A stretch of DNA of 42,137 nt from Candidatus Latescibacterota bacterium (lineage in GTDB: Bacteria > Hydrothermota > Tepidihabitantia > Tepidihabitantales > CAIPLT01), in the NCBI GenBank assembly GCA_018335915.1, contig JAGXRL010000045.1:1-42137 (forward strand), given 5' to 3'. How positions within the stretch are numbered: the stretch's first letter is position 1; every line of letters starts with the position of its first letter. Below are positions 11,510-21,406 of the stretch, piece after piece. The notes below the pieces were generated by a model. That model ran no database searches. It was not told where the DNA came from and saw only the letters and a list, made by a program, of their open reading frames with translations. The position numbers and the translations under genes are program-made.

Positions 11510-11530
11510 ATTCTTCTAAGTGATTTTGAT

Positions 11531-11560
11531 GGGTGCGACCTGTAAAACCGGGTCGCACCC
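11531..11560. repeat. REP-like palindrome, copy 2 (likely also a bidirectional terminator)
   Basis: GGGTGCGACCTG-TAAAAC-CGGGTCGCACCC between convergent genes; inverted relative to copy 1. Confidence 0.8.
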
Positions 11561-11568
11561 GTAACTTT

Positions 11569-12195
11569 TTATCTTATCTCTTCGTATTTAGGTTTGACAA
11601 AGATAAGTTTGCCGACATTGGTTTCAATCGAACCCTGCACCACAACTTCAAGTTCTTTTCCCATTGAGCGGGCACCGCCGGCAATCACAACTTTAATCCC
11701 GCCGTCCAGATAACCGATACCTTCGTCATGCTCTTTCCCTTTTTTAGACACGACTACTTTGAATTCTGAGCCGGGCAGGTAGCCGGGCTTTAAGATTTCA
11801 TAAAGGTCATTCAAGTTAACAATCTTTGCGCCGGCAACCAGCGATTGCGGTAAATTAGCAGTGAGCAAATTTTTGCTTTCATCATTGGACACAATAATCG
11901 CCGCTCTGTTCTTAATGGCAAGCTTGATTAATTCCTGTTTATTGAGCTGTTTATTATAAACCCTAACCCTGCCTTGAGCAGCTGTTTTAATCCGCTCAAT
12001 GTTTTCATTGAGCCGTTTCTGATTATTCTCATCCCGGTTTATATTAGCCGGAATTACTTCATAGATCGGATAAGGAATTAAAATAAACCGGCCGGTAAAA
12101 ATTTCTTTTTCAATTAAAAGCGTACAACGGCTGTCACTTAAAGTCTGTTCGTCTATTATATAAGTCTTGTCTTTCTTTCTAAAAAACATAAACAA
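11569..12195 (-). CDS. YacL-like PIN/TRAM domain protein, degenerate PIN, no membrane anchor
   Basis: C-terminal GKEHDEGIGYLDGGIKVVI...VVVQGSIETNVGKLIF matches YacL TRAM; located downstream of radA. Confidence 0.8.
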   Translation of the reverse strand: MFMFFRKKDKTYIIDEQTLSDSRCTLLIEKEIFTGRFILIPYPIYEVIPANINRDENNQKRLNENIERIKTAAQGRVRVYNKQLNKQELIKLAIKNRAAIIVSNDESKNLLTANLPQSLVAGAKIVNLNDLYEILKPGYLPGSEFKVVVSKKGKEHDEGIGYLDGGIKVVIAGGARSMGKELEVVVQGSIETNVGKLIFVKPKYEEIR

Positions 12196-12209
12196 TCTCC
12201 TTTAATTAT

Positions 12210-12310
12210 TTACTACGAATAACACTAATAAACGAATCTCACGAACATTTTTTGGAGTAAAAGTAAATGTTTTATTCGTGTTATTCGAATAATTCGCGCT
12301 ATTTGTGGTC
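12210..12310. repeat. two-armed ~9-bp-period inverted repeat element
   Basis: Left arm of ACGAAT-like units and right arm of ATTCGT-like units around an AT-rich spacer. Confidence 0.8.
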
Positions 12311-12330
12311 ATCTGTTTCTTATTCTTTCT

Positions 12331-13716
12331 TTATACTATTCCTAATATCTCCAATGCCTGGTGCACAGTGGTTGCGCCAAACATTTCGATTTTCTTGTCT
12401 TTTTTATCTTGCAGATTATATGCCGGTCTAACCAGAGCGTGAAATCCCATCTTAACGCATTCATTGATCCGGTTTTTTGTTAATGCGACTGGTCTGATTT
12501 CGCCAGCAAGTGATACTTCACCAACCACGGCGGTTTTTGCATCAATCGGTTTATTCCGATAAGTTGAGGCAATCGCGGCGAGGATTCCTAAATCTGCGCC
12601 ACTTTCACTGATTTTCAAGCCACCGCTCGTATTAACAAAGATATCCTGATTGCCCACGTTCATACCGCAATGCCGCTCTAAAACACATAACAACATTGCC
12701 AGTCGGCGCGCATCAAAACCAGTGCAGACCCGTTGCGGATAGGTATAATAACTTGGTGCGGCAAGTGCCTGCACTTCTAAAAGAATCGGTCGGGTACCTT
12801 CAATAGTCGGAATTACAACTGAACCAACTCGTTTTTCTTGCGTCTGCGTGTGGTCATGAGATAAAAAAAGCAGGGACGGACTCTCGACTCCAACCAGACC
12901 ATTTTCACTCATCTCAAAAATCCCGATTTCCTGAGTCGAACCGAACCGGTTTTTGGTTGCTCGTAAAATCCGGTACTGACCAAACTTATCACCTTCAAAA
13001 TACAAGACTACATCGACAATATGCTCTAAGGTTTTGGGTCCGGCAATCGAACCAAATTTAGTAATATGCCCGACGATAATCACTGACGGCCCGGCTTCAC
13101 CTTTGCCTTTAATCGTCCTTAAAATCTCAGCTGTACATTCCCGAACCTGACCGACACTTCCCGGACTTGAGATTAACTTATCTGAATAAACAGTCTGAAT
13201 CGAGTCAATAATAACCAGGCTCGGTTTTAACATTTCAATCTGGGCTAAAATGTTTTCCAGCTGATTTTCGGCTAAAAGGTAGATATTCTCATTTTTGACA
13301 CCGAGCCGCTCAGAGCGGAGTTTAATCTGTTCGATTGACTCTTCACCTGATACATATAAAACGCTCTGCTTATTTTTATTTTCAATCTGGGCAGCGATTT
13401 GCAAAGTCAGGGTCGATTTACCAATACCGGGTTCGCCGCCAATCAGAATAATCGAACCGGCAACAATGCCGCCGCCTAAAACCTGGTCTAATTCTTTGAT
13501 ATTGGTCGGATTGCGCAATTTACCAAAATACGCTACTTTGGATATGAGCACAGGTTGGGCAGAAAAACCATCCGGCCGTTTTGAAACTTTACTCTTGCTT
13601 CTTATCTCTTCAACCAGAGTATTCCAGCTGTTACAGGAGGGACACCGACCCAGCCATTTTGCCGTTTCGGCACCGCAATTCTGGCACACATAAACTGTCT
13701 TCTGTCCTTTTACCAT
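12331..13716 (-). CDS. radA: DNA repair protein RadA/Sms
   Basis: C4 Zn finger, GEPGIGKST, KNRFG motif, Lon-like C-terminus. Confidence 0.98.
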   Translation of the reverse strand: MVKGQKTVYVCQNCGAETAKWLGRCPSCNSWNTLVEEIRSKSKVSKRPDGFSAQPVLISKVAYFGKLRNPTNIKELDQVLGGGIVAGSIILIGGEPGIGKSTLTLQIAAQIENKNKQSVLYVSGEESIEQIKLRSERLGVKNENIYLLAENQLENILAQIEMLKPSLVIIDSIQTVYSDKLISSPGSVGQVRECTAEILRTIKGKGEAGPSVIIVGHITKFGSIAGPKTLEHIVDVVLYFEGDKFGQYRILRATKNRFGSTQEIGIFEMSENGLVGVESPSLLFLSHDHTQTQEKRVGSVVIPTIEGTRPILLEVQALAAPSYYTYPQRVCTGFDARRLAMLLCVLERHCGMNVGNQDIFVNTSGGLKISESGADLGILAAIASTYRNKPIDAKTAVVGEVSLAGEIRPVALTKNRINECVKMGFHALVRPAYNLQDKKDKKIEMFGATTVHQALEILGIV

Positions 13717-13770
13717 TGTCTTTCGCGAGTCTCTGATTTTTCTGTACTAATCGGCAGCGTCATAATATGG

Positions 13771-15168
13771 TTATATTTCGTCTTCAAACTCTGGTAAAGA
13801 GACTTCGCCGACATAATTTTCAAATTTCATTATCTCTTTACGATAAGTCAGTTTTAGCATATCGGTCGGTCCGTTTCTCTGTTTGGCAATATTCAGTTCA
13901 GCAATACCTTTATACTCTGGTTTATCCCGGTATTCTTGATAGATTTCTGGCCGGTACAACATTAAAACCATATCCGCATCCTGTTCAATCGCACCTGATT
14001 CTCTCAGGTCAGCTAATTGCGGCCGCTTGTCTTCGCGTCGTTCTGGCATCCGGGAAAGCTGGGATAAAGCCACGACCGGCACATTCAGTTCTTTTGCCAA
14101 TGCTTTTAGCGCCCGTGAAATATCTGAGATTTCCTGCTGCCGGGTTTTCTGTCCCGAATAAACAGTCGGCTCGCATAACTGAATATAATCAATAATAATC
14201 ATAGCCAGATCGCTTTCTGCTTTTAAACGCCGCGCTTTGGCTTTTATTTCTAAAACCTTCATTGATGCCGAATCATCGATATACATTGGCAGGTGCTCTA
14301 AATAACTGGCAACATTGGCAAGCTTATTCCATTGTGCTTTAGAGAGCTGTCCTTTGCGAATCGTGTGGAACGGAATCCCGGCTTCGGCGCAGATAACCCG
14401 TTCGATTAAAGTCTCGGTTGTCATTTCCAGAGAGAAAATAGCAACCGGTATTTCATGCCGTTTGCCCGTATGGGTTGCGATATTTAAAGCGAGTGAGGTT
14501 TTACCGGTAGTCGGACGACCGGCAATAATGATTAATTCACCCGGCTGAAAACCGCTGGTCAGCTCGTCTAAACGGGTAAAGCCGGTTTCACAGCCAGTTA
14601 CTAACCGTTCACGGTTTTGAAACCGCTCTTCAATTTTTTTCACTAACGGCTTAAAAACATCTTTCATCGCAACCAGACCGCGCCGCAGTTTCTTTTCTTT
14701 AATCTCAAAGATTAAATGTTCAGCCCGGTCGAGCATCTCGTCGGCAGTCGTGCTCGAAGCATAACTTTCCGAAACAATCTGGGTTGCGGTCTGAATCAGC
14801 TTGCGCTGCACGGCTTTTTCTAAAATCAACTTACAGTGCTCTTCAATATTTGCCGTGGTTTCAACCACCTGCACCAGAGTTGACAAATACTCCCGGCCGC
14901 CGACCTTATCCAGTTCTTTCATCTTGGCCAGTTCTTCGCCGGCAGTTAAGACGTCAATCGCGACATTGCGCTCGAACAAACTGGCGAGTGCCTGAAATAT
15001 CTTGCGGTGCGAGTTTAAATAAAAACAGGATTCGTCTAAAAACTCCAGGGCACAGACAACCGCCTCAGAGTCTAAAAGCATTGAGCCGAGCACTGATTGT
15101 TCAACCTCAGTAACCTGAGGCGGAGTCCGGTCGGTCTGAACCACTGCTTCACTCTTATTGGTTTTCAT
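13771..15168 (-). CDS. dnaB: replicative DNA helicase DnaB (no intein)
   Basis: AGRPTTGKT, FSLEM, IIDYIQL, LSQLSR, DLRESGAIEQDAD, KQRNGP. Confidence 0.98.
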   Translation of the reverse strand: MKTNKSEAVVQTDRTPPQVTEVEQSVLGSMLLDSEAVVCALEFLDESCFYLNSHRKIFQALASLFERNVAIDVLTAGEELAKMKELDKVGGREYLSTLVQVVETTANIEEHCKLILEKAVQRKLIQTATQIVSESYASSTTADEMLDRAEHLIFEIKEKKLRRGLVAMKDVFKPLVKKIEERFQNRERLVTGCETGFTRLDELTSGFQPGELIIIAGRPTTGKTSLALNIATHTGKRHEIPVAIFSLEMTTETLIERVICAEAGIPFHTIRKGQLSKAQWNKLANVASYLEHLPMYIDDSASMKVLEIKAKARRLKAESDLAMIIIDYIQLCEPTVYSGQKTRQQEISDISRALKALAKELNVPVVALSQLSRMPERREDKRPQLADLRESGAIEQDADMVLMLYRPEIYQEYRDKPEYKGIAELNIAKQRNGPTDMLKLTYRKEIMKFENYVGEVSLPEFEDEI

Positions 15169-15170
15169 AA

Positions 15171-16361
15171 TTATATCTCTTTACTGATAATTTCCATTAA
15201 TTTTTTACTAAACTCCTTTTTGGTCTGTGCGGGTAGTTTTTGAACTCGGTTTTTAAAAATCAGGGTCGGGGTAATGAATTCGCTGTGTAAAGTCTGGACT
15301 GGATTGGCAACAATTAGATTTAAATGCTTCTCTTTTAGTTTTGTTTTTGCCTGGCTAAGATTATTGTGCGTGTCCAAGGAAAAGCCGACAATGTATTTAT
15401 TGTGCTTTGTTTCAGCGATTGATTTAAGAATATCCGGGGTGCGGGTTAATTTTAATTGCAGTTCTTTTGTTTTCTGTTTTTCACTAAAACTCTGGCTTGG
15501 TTTATAATCACTCACTGCTGCAGTCATAATTAGTGCGTCACAGTCTTTTATTACCGCACGCACCGCCACGAGCATTTCCTGGCTTGACTTTACCTGCCTG
15601 GTCGTTACGCCATCGGGAATCGGAACCGATACATTGGCCGCAATCAGCAAAACTTCTGCTCCGGCATCTTTTGCCGCATTGGCAATCTCAATGCCCATTT
15701 TACCGCTTGAACGGTTAGTAATAATCCGAATCGGGTCGATCTCTTCTTCGGTCCGGCCGGCGGTTATAACGATTTTCTTATTTTTAAGAAGCGCGTTCTG
15801 GTTTAAAACAGATTTTAACTGGTCCACAATAAGTTGAATGTCCGGAAATCTGCCTTTACCGATTTCCTGGCATGCCAGCTCGCCGACTCCGGGCTCGACA
15901 AATTTACAGCCGAGCGACTTTAGATAGGTAATATTTTTCTGAGTTATTTTTGACTCCCACATCCGAAAGTTCATGGCGGGCACAAAAATTACCGGGTGGT
16001 CAGCCGATAGAATTATGGTTGATAATAAATCGTCGGCAATGCCGGCTGCGGCTTTGGCAATAATATTGGCAGTTGCCGGTGCGATTATTAATGCCCGGGT
16101 ATCTTTGGATAAATCGATATGAACCGGTGAGATTTCTTTTTCAAAAAACATCTCGGTAAAGACCGGGTGTCGGGGTAGTGTTTCAAATGAAAGCGGAGCT
16201 ACGAACCGCTTCGCATTTTTGGTCATCACGACCCACACATCATATTGCTCTTTTTGTAAAATCCGCAACAGTTCCAGTGCTTTGTAAGCGGCAATACTGC
16301 CGGTTACGCCAAGCATAATCTTGGTTTTGCCGGTTGGCTCAGATGCGGTTGTTCGTTTCAA
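15171..16361 (-). CDS. coaBC: bifunctional CoaBC
   Basis: GVTGSIAAYK, APATAN, PAMN, ITAGRTEE.IDPIR.ITNRSSGKMG. Confidence 0.97.
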   Translation of the reverse strand: MKRTTASEPTGKTKIMLGVTGSIAAYKALELLRILQKEQYDVWVVMTKNAKRFVAPLSFETLPRHPVFTEMFFEKEISPVHIDLSKDTRALIIAPATANIIAKAAAGIADDLLSTIILSADHPVIFVPAMNFRMWESKITQKNITYLKSLGCKFVEPGVGELACQEIGKGRFPDIQLIVDQLKSVLNQNALLKNKKIVITAGRTEEEIDPIRIITNRSSGKMGIEIANAAKDAGAEVLLIAANVSVPIPDGVTTRQVKSSQEMLVAVRAVIKDCDALIMTAAVSDYKPSQSFSEKQKTKELQLKLTRTPDILKSIAETKHNKYIVGFSLDTHNNLSQAKTKLKEKHLNLIVANPVQTLHSEFITPTLIFKNRVQKLPAQTKKEFSKKLMEIISKEI

Positions 16362-16369
16362 GTTTTTCC

Positions 16370-16810
16370 TTATTTTGAAGTTGTGCTTTCTTTTTTTTCA
16401 GAAAGTTCATACCTTTTTAATACTTTTTTTAAGGCGGCAATATACGGATTAACCTCGTCTTTGCCCGCAACGACTCTTTTGATTTTTTTATCCGCAGTCA
16501 TTTCCAGAGCAATCGCATCACTGTGCAGTTCCGACTTTTCTTTTGCCTGTTCAATTCGGATGGTTTCGACATTCATTTGCTCAGGTGTCTGTAAAATGCT
16601 TTTCTTGGATTTGCGTCCCCGTTTTTTTACAACCGGTTCTTCCTGCACTTTTATTTCCGGTACTGCGGTTTCAGGCAGCAAATCGTTCTGCGGTACTTGA
16701 ACCGGTTTTGTCGCTTCGGTCATCTTGCGCGCTTCCTTAGATGCCAACACAATTGTTAAATATTTATTGGGTATATGTTCAGTCAGTTTTTCTATTTCAA
16801 TAAACTTCAT
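16370..16810 (-). CDS. rpoZ: RNA polymerase omega subunit with long internal insertion
   Basis: IPNKYLTIVLASKEAR and NPYIAALK motifs; gmk-rpoZ-coaBC synteny. Confidence 0.8.
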   Translation of the reverse strand: MKFIEIEKLTEHIPNKYLTIVLASKEARKMTEATKPVQVPQNDLLPETAVPEIKVQEEPVVKKRGRKSKKSILQTPEQMNVETIRIEQAKEKSELHSDAIALEMTADKKIKRVVAGKDEVNPYIAALKKVLKRYELSEKKESTTSK

Positions 16811-16826
16811 TTAACTCCTCTCTCTT

Positions 16827-17453
16827 CTATTTCGATACCCGCAGCCGTTCCGCGCGGATAATTGCCATTAAATCTGCGATTGCCTTGTTCAGGTCATTAT
16901 TGACAATCACATAATTTATAAATGGCCGTTTACTTTTAATATTGTTAAATACGAGCGTCATCTCGGCACTCGCTTTGGAAAACCGCTCTTTGATTTTATC
17001 CGAACTGCTCCGGCTCCGATTTTTCAGCCGTGCCCACAATTCGTTCAGAGACGGTGGAATAACATAGATACCGACCGTGTGTGGATAAAACCTTTTCATG
17101 GATTTGACACCGGCAATATCCAGGTCCAAAATAATATCTTTACCCTGTTCGATTTTTTTAAGAATCGGCTGTTTGGGCGTACCGTATCTTGCGTCGTAGA
17201 TTGTGGTCGACTCTAAAAGCTCGCCGGTTTTGAACCACTGGTCGAATTTCGCATCGCTCACAAAATAGTATTCGCGTCCGTTTTTCTCGTGTGGTCGTTT
17301 GGCACGCGTAGTTGCGGAAACTGAATACCAGATATTTTTATCTTTTCTGGCAGCGGCATAGCACAAAGTCGTCTTGCCGGCAGCTGACGGCGATGCCAGG
17401 ACAAATACCTTTGGTTTATAATATGCTTTGAGGTTAAGTTTTTTACTCAACAT
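16827..17453 (-). CDS. gmk: guanylate kinase
   Basis: SPSAAGKTT, SVSATTR..RPHEKNGREYYF, YGTP. Confidence 0.96.
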   Translation of the reverse strand: MLSKKLNLKAYYKPKVFVLASPSAAGKTTLCYAAARKDKNIWYSVSATTRAKRPHEKNGREYYFVSDAKFDQWFKTGELLESTTIYDARYGTPKQPILKKIEQGKDIILDLDIAGVKSMKRFYPHTVGIYVIPPSLNELWARLKNRSRSSSDKIKERFSKASAEMTLVFNNIKSKRPFINYVIVNNDLNKAIADLMAIIRAERLRVSK

Positions 17454-18348
17454 TTCTCACCTGTTCTCGCAAGGCATCGATTTCTTCTTTGATTTGAATG
17501 CCATCCCGGCTGATTGAGGTATCGCGTCCTTTGGCAAGAATCGTTTCGATTTCTCTGAGCATTTCGGCAAGAATAAATTCCAGTTTACGGCCCACGCTGT
17601 GGATTTTTTTAGTTCGAATCGTCCGCACAAACGAACGGATATGACTGTTCAGCCGGACTACTTCTTCGGTGGTTGCTCTTGATGAATTTAAGAGTTCAAT
17701 CTGATTATTCTCCGCGGCCGATGCGTCACGATTTCGAGTACTTATGACCGCTTTAGCATGAAGTTCTTTTCGGATTGCCTTGCTGCGCCCTTCAATGCTT
17801 TTTAAGTGCATTGCGATAGTCTGGATGCGCCGTAAAAAATCTTTGTATAAAAACGCGCCTTCTTCTTTTTTCATCTTGTTCAAGGCTTTGAGCGCCCTGT
17901 TAACCGTCTGTTTGGTCTTTAGCCAGATTGAGTTCGTCTTGTCTGGCACATCTGACTTAACCGAAACAATCATGCCAGGGTATTGCAGTACTGTATTGAC
18001 ATCAAGTTCGCCTGCGATTTTATATTTCTTTTTCAACTGCCTGGTTAAACTCATCAGATTGGAGAGCAGTTCATAATCCAAACCCAGCACCCGGTTATAT
18101 CTAAGATTATTTTGATTAATTTCTTCGTTAGCGCCGTGAATGCTTACCGACATCTGTATAGAACCACGAAATATATTATCGCTCACAAGTTGTCGAATTT
18201 TATCTTCATATCCGGACAGCGCGGTCGGCAATTTTAGATTGGTTTCGATAAATTTATGGTTTGCCGAGCGAATCTCGACTATCAATTTCGTCTTTTTACG
18301 GGCTAAGCTCGTTTCAGCCCGCCCAACACCAGTCATACTTCTAATCAT
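17443..18348 (-). CDS. yicC: YicC/YloC family endoribonuclease
   Basis: MIRSMTG, EIRSANHK, EEVVRL.SH, GRKLEF, REQVRNVE. Confidence 0.95.
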   Translation of the reverse strand: MIRSMTGVGRAETSLARKKTKLIVEIRSANHKFIETNLKLPTALSGYEDKIRQLVSDNIFRGSIQMSVSIHGANEEINQNNLRYNRVLGLDYELLSNLMSLTRQLKKKYKIAGELDVNTVLQYPGMIVSVKSDVPDKTNSIWLKTKQTVNRALKALNKMKKEEGAFLYKDFLRRIQTIAMHLKSIEGRSKAIRKELHAKAVISTRNRDASAAENNQIELLNSSRATTEEVVRLNSHIRSFVRTIRTKKIHSVGRKLEFILAEMLREIETILAKGRDTSISRDGIQIKEEIDALREQVRNVE

Positions 18349-18380
18349 AAATCACCTTTGTATTTATAGCATATGGTTCT

Positions 18381-18410
18381 AATCTGTGTACATCTGCGTT
18401 AATCTGCGTC
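18381..18410 (+). repeat. ~10-bp-period repeat arm
   Basis: AATCTGTGTA CATCTGCGTT AATCTGCGTC. Confidence 0.7.
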
Positions 18411-18422
18411 GTTTTCATAATT

Positions 18423-18860
18423 CTACGCTTCCAATATAATCGTTACCGGTCCGTAATTATCCAGTTTGATATCCATTTTCGCGCCGAACACACCGGTTTT
18501 AGTTTTGCATCCGAGATATCTTAATTCCTGCACAAACCGCTCGTATAACTTCTCGGCTGTCTTTGCTTCCATCGCATCGGCAAACGAAGGTCGATTGCCG
18601 TCCGTACAATCAGCATAAAGCGTAAATTGCGACACCACTAAAATTTCACCCTGTATCTGTTCTAAAGAAAGATTCATTTTACCTTGGTCGTCTTCAAAAA
18701 TCCTTAAATTAACAATCTTTTTGGCGAGTTCGCTGCATTTTAATTCGTTGTCATTTTTACCAATGCCGATTAAACACAGAAGTCCATCCTTAATTTGTGC
18801 GATTTCTTTATCGCTCACACGAACTGATGCAAACTTAACTCTCTGTAAAACCATCCTCAT
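18423..18860 (-). CDS. dtd: D-aminoacyl-tRNA deacylase
   Basis: VLQRV, LRIF, SQFTL, RPSF, NYGPVT. Confidence 0.97.
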   Translation of the reverse strand: MRMVLQRVKFASVRVSDKEIAQIKDGLLCLIGIGKNDNELKCSELAKKIVNLRIFEDDQGKMNLSLEQIQGEILVVSQFTLYADCTDGNRPSFADAMEAKTAEKLYERFVQELRYLGCKTKTGVFGAKMDIKLDNYGPVTIILEA

Positions 18861-18899
18861 GCTCTATCTTTAACTTTTCCTTGTTAATAAAATCCGATT

Positions 18900-19607
18900 T
18901 TAATTATCAGACTTTAAATTTAATATCTGCATCGCAATTGCCCGGGCAAACTTTTCTGAGTCTTGGGGTGAAGCGGCAGTAATCACATTCCCGCTAATCA
19001 CCACATCATCTTGAAGGTATAAAACTCCTTTTTCTTTGAACTCGGCAATTGTCGAGCGGTCTCTAAATACGGTTGCGCGTCGGCCATTAAGAATTCCTGC
19101 CCGGGCCAGGGTAATCGGTGCCAGACAAATTGCGGATACAATTTTTCCGGGCGTGCGTTCAAAATATCGAGCGAGATTATGTACATTCTCATCGTTCCAA
19201 TAAATCGCGGCGCCGGTTCCGCCGACCAGAATCATCCCGTCAAATGCAAGCGAATCAATCTCTTTTATCACCAGTTGCGGTTTAATAACGGTTCCTAAAA
19301 GCCCGGTTGCATATATGGTATCGCGCGAGGCAACTCTGATTTTATGGCCAAGTCCGGTCAAAAACTCATACGGAATTTTAAACTCTTCGTCTCGAAATGC
19401 GCGCGGGGCAACAATCATAACAAACCATTTAACCTGGCTCGAATCAGTAACGGGCAGTATCGGGTTTTTCAACAATAAAGACAGTTCTTTACCGACTATG
19501 GCTTTGGGGTCAACAAGACTGCTCTTATTCTTGCCACAGCCAATGACCATTACACAACTTATAATGATGAGAAATATCTTGTTCATCGTTACATTTAAGA
19601 AATTCAA
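18900..19607 (-). CDS. DJ-1/PfpI family protein, probable lipoprotein (start may be at MNKIF)
   Basis: FRDEE, VGGTGA, AICLAP nucleophile elbow; signal peptide ending VIGC. Confidence 0.88.
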   Translation of the reverse strand: MNFLNVTMNKIFLIIISCVMVIGCGKNKSSLVDPKAIVGKELSLLLKNPILPVTDSSQVKWFVMIVAPRAFRDEEFKIPYEFLTGLGHKIRVASRDTIYATGLLGTVIKPQLVIKEIDSLAFDGMILVGGTGAAIYWNDENVHNLARYFERTPGKIVSAICLAPITLARAGILNGRRATVFRDRSTIAEFKEKGVLYLQDDVVISGNVITAASPQDSEKFARAIAMQILNLKSDN

Positions 19608-19660
19608 CCTTTTTTACTATAACTTAAAAAAAATGGCTTGTCAAGACTCTTGCCCAATCC

Positions 19661-20530
19661 TTAAAATAACCTCATCTCGCCGGCTTTGCCGATATATCCC
19701 CAGGACATTGATTTGGTTGTAAATCCATACCCGACATTACCTTTGCGGTCAAGACCAATCACGCCGCACAAAACATTTTTCTCTTTTGCCATGGCAATCC
19801 CTTTGCTCACTGCTTTTTGAGCCGGTAACCCATCTGTCAAATCTGCGACATATTTTGCTAAAAACAATCTGATTATCTCTTCGCCGTGACCGGTTGCCGC
19901 GACCCCACTATTTTTTGTGGCATATACGCCCGCGCCGAAAATCGGCGTGTCGCCGACTCGACCCGGCATCTTGCCAAGAATCCCGCCAGTCGAGTTCGCT
20001 ACTGCAATCTGATTATCATTATCCAGAGCAACTGCGCCGACCGTACCCAATTTCAGATAATTATTCAGTTTTGGAAAATAAGCTGAATTGCCGCGTTTTT
20101 TGAATCTAGCCAGGCGCCGCTTTTGAACTTCAAGTATCTTTTCATATTTTTTAAAACCCCTTCTTCGGGAAAATTTCTGTGCACCCGGACCAACCAGTAA
20201 AAGATGGTCCGTCTTTTCCATAACCTGCCGGGCAACTAAAATCGGATTTTTGACCTGCTTGATTGCGCCGACCGCGCCATATTCACCTTGACCAATCATA
20301 ACCGAAGCGTCCAGTTCGACCGTGCCATCTAAAGTTAAGGTTGCACCCGACCCGCAATTAAAAATCGTGCTGTCTTCCATATATTTAACTGCTTCGCAAA
20401 CCGCATCTAAAGCTTTGCCGCCCTGATTAAGAATTGCCCACCCGATTTGCAATGCTTTTTTAATACCGCGCCGGTGCGCTGCAGCGTTTTTTATCCGCCC
20501 GGCGCCGCCATGAATAATAATTACTGGCAT
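19661..20530 (-). CDS. iaaA: isoaspartyl peptidase/L-asparaginase (Ntn hydrolase)
   Basis: IIIHGGAG, ELDASVM, GTVGAVA, STGG, GRVGDTP, TGHGE. Confidence 0.93.
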   Translation of the reverse strand: MPVIIIHGGAGRIKNAAAHRRGIKKALQIGWAILNQGGKALDAVCEAVKYMEDSTIFNCGSGATLTLDGTVELDASVMIGQGEYGAVGAIKQVKNPILVARQVMEKTDHLLLVGPGAQKFSRRRGFKKYEKILEVQKRRLARFKKRGNSAYFPKLNNYLKLGTVGAVALDNDNQIAVANSTGGILGKMPGRVGDTPIFGAGVYATKNSGVAATGHGEEIIRLFLAKYVADLTDGLPAQKAVSKGIAMAKEKNVLCGVIGLDRKGNVGYGFTTKSMSWGYIGKAGEMRLF

Positions 20531-20531
20531 T

Positions 20532-20570
20532 GTAACCTTTCAACTTTTAAACCTTTAAACTTTTTAACCT
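20532..20570 (+). repeat. ~8-bp-period AACYTTT repeat
   Basis: TAACCTTT CAACTTTT AAACCTTT AAACTTTT TAACCT fills the mutM/iaaA spacer. Confidence 0.7.
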
Positions 20571-21406
20571 TATTTCTTGGCTTGGCATTTTGGACAGAAC
20601 CGGGTTCTGCGATTGCCGATTTTCTTAAATTCGATTAGCGTGCCACACTTTCGGCATTTTTCGCCCTCCCGGTCAAAAACATAAGAACAGAACTGATAAC
20701 CGCCTTCTTTGCCATCAGGCCGCAAATAATCAGAAATACTCGTGCCTTTTGATTTGATACCTGCTTTAATCACCTGTCGTAAGGTTATGGCAAGTTTTTT
20801 AATATCATTTAATGTCAGCTTGTTTGCTCGTGTTAAAGGATGAATGCCAGCCAGAAACAAAGCTTCGTCAGAATAGATATTGCCGATGCCGGCCGTGATA
20901 GATTGGTCTAATAATAAATTTTTAATTGGTGCTTTACGACCCTTGAGTTTAGAATAAAGATAATCAAAACAAAACTTCTTATCAATCGGCTCTAACCCAA
21001 GTTCTTTTAAACCGCCCAAAACATCCGGATAATTATCTTTTTCTACCAGATATGCCCGTCCCAATACTCTGGGCTCAACAAAACTCAAATTTTTCTTGCC
21101 TGACAAAAAAAACCGAATCCGTTCATGTTTTGGTGCATCTTTTTTATTGCCATTCCAGACTAATAACTGTCCTGACAAACGCAGATGAATAATCATTGCC
21201 TTGTCACTGTTCAGCTCAAATATCAGATACTTTGCTTTACGCGCCAGATTGGTAATCGTTTTGCCGGTCACTTCTTTCTTGAAAACATCAGCCGACGGAT
21301 AACCGATAATATCTGGCCGCTGAATATAGATTTTACTTATCTTTCTATTAATCACATACGGATTCAATTCCCGTCGAATTGTTTCAACTTCTGGTAATTC
21401 TGGCAT
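20570..21406 (-). CDS. mutM: formamidopyrimidine-DNA glycosylase
   Basis: MPELPEVE, HLRLSG, GIGNIYSDE, C-terminal Zn finger. Confidence 0.98.
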   Translation of the reverse strand: MPELPEVETIRRELNPYVINRKISKIYIQRPDIIGYPSADVFKKEVTGKTITNLARKAKYLIFELNSDKAMIIHLRLSGQLLVWNGNKKDAPKHERIRFFLSGKKNLSFVEPRVLGRAYLVEKDNYPDVLGGLKELGLEPIDKKFCFDYLYSKLKGRKAPIKNLLLDQSITAGIGNIYSDEALFLAGIHPLTRANKLTLNDIKKLAITLRQVIKAGIKSKGTSISDYLRPDGKEGGYQFCSYVFDREGEKCRKCGTLIEFKKIGNRRTRFCPKCQAKK

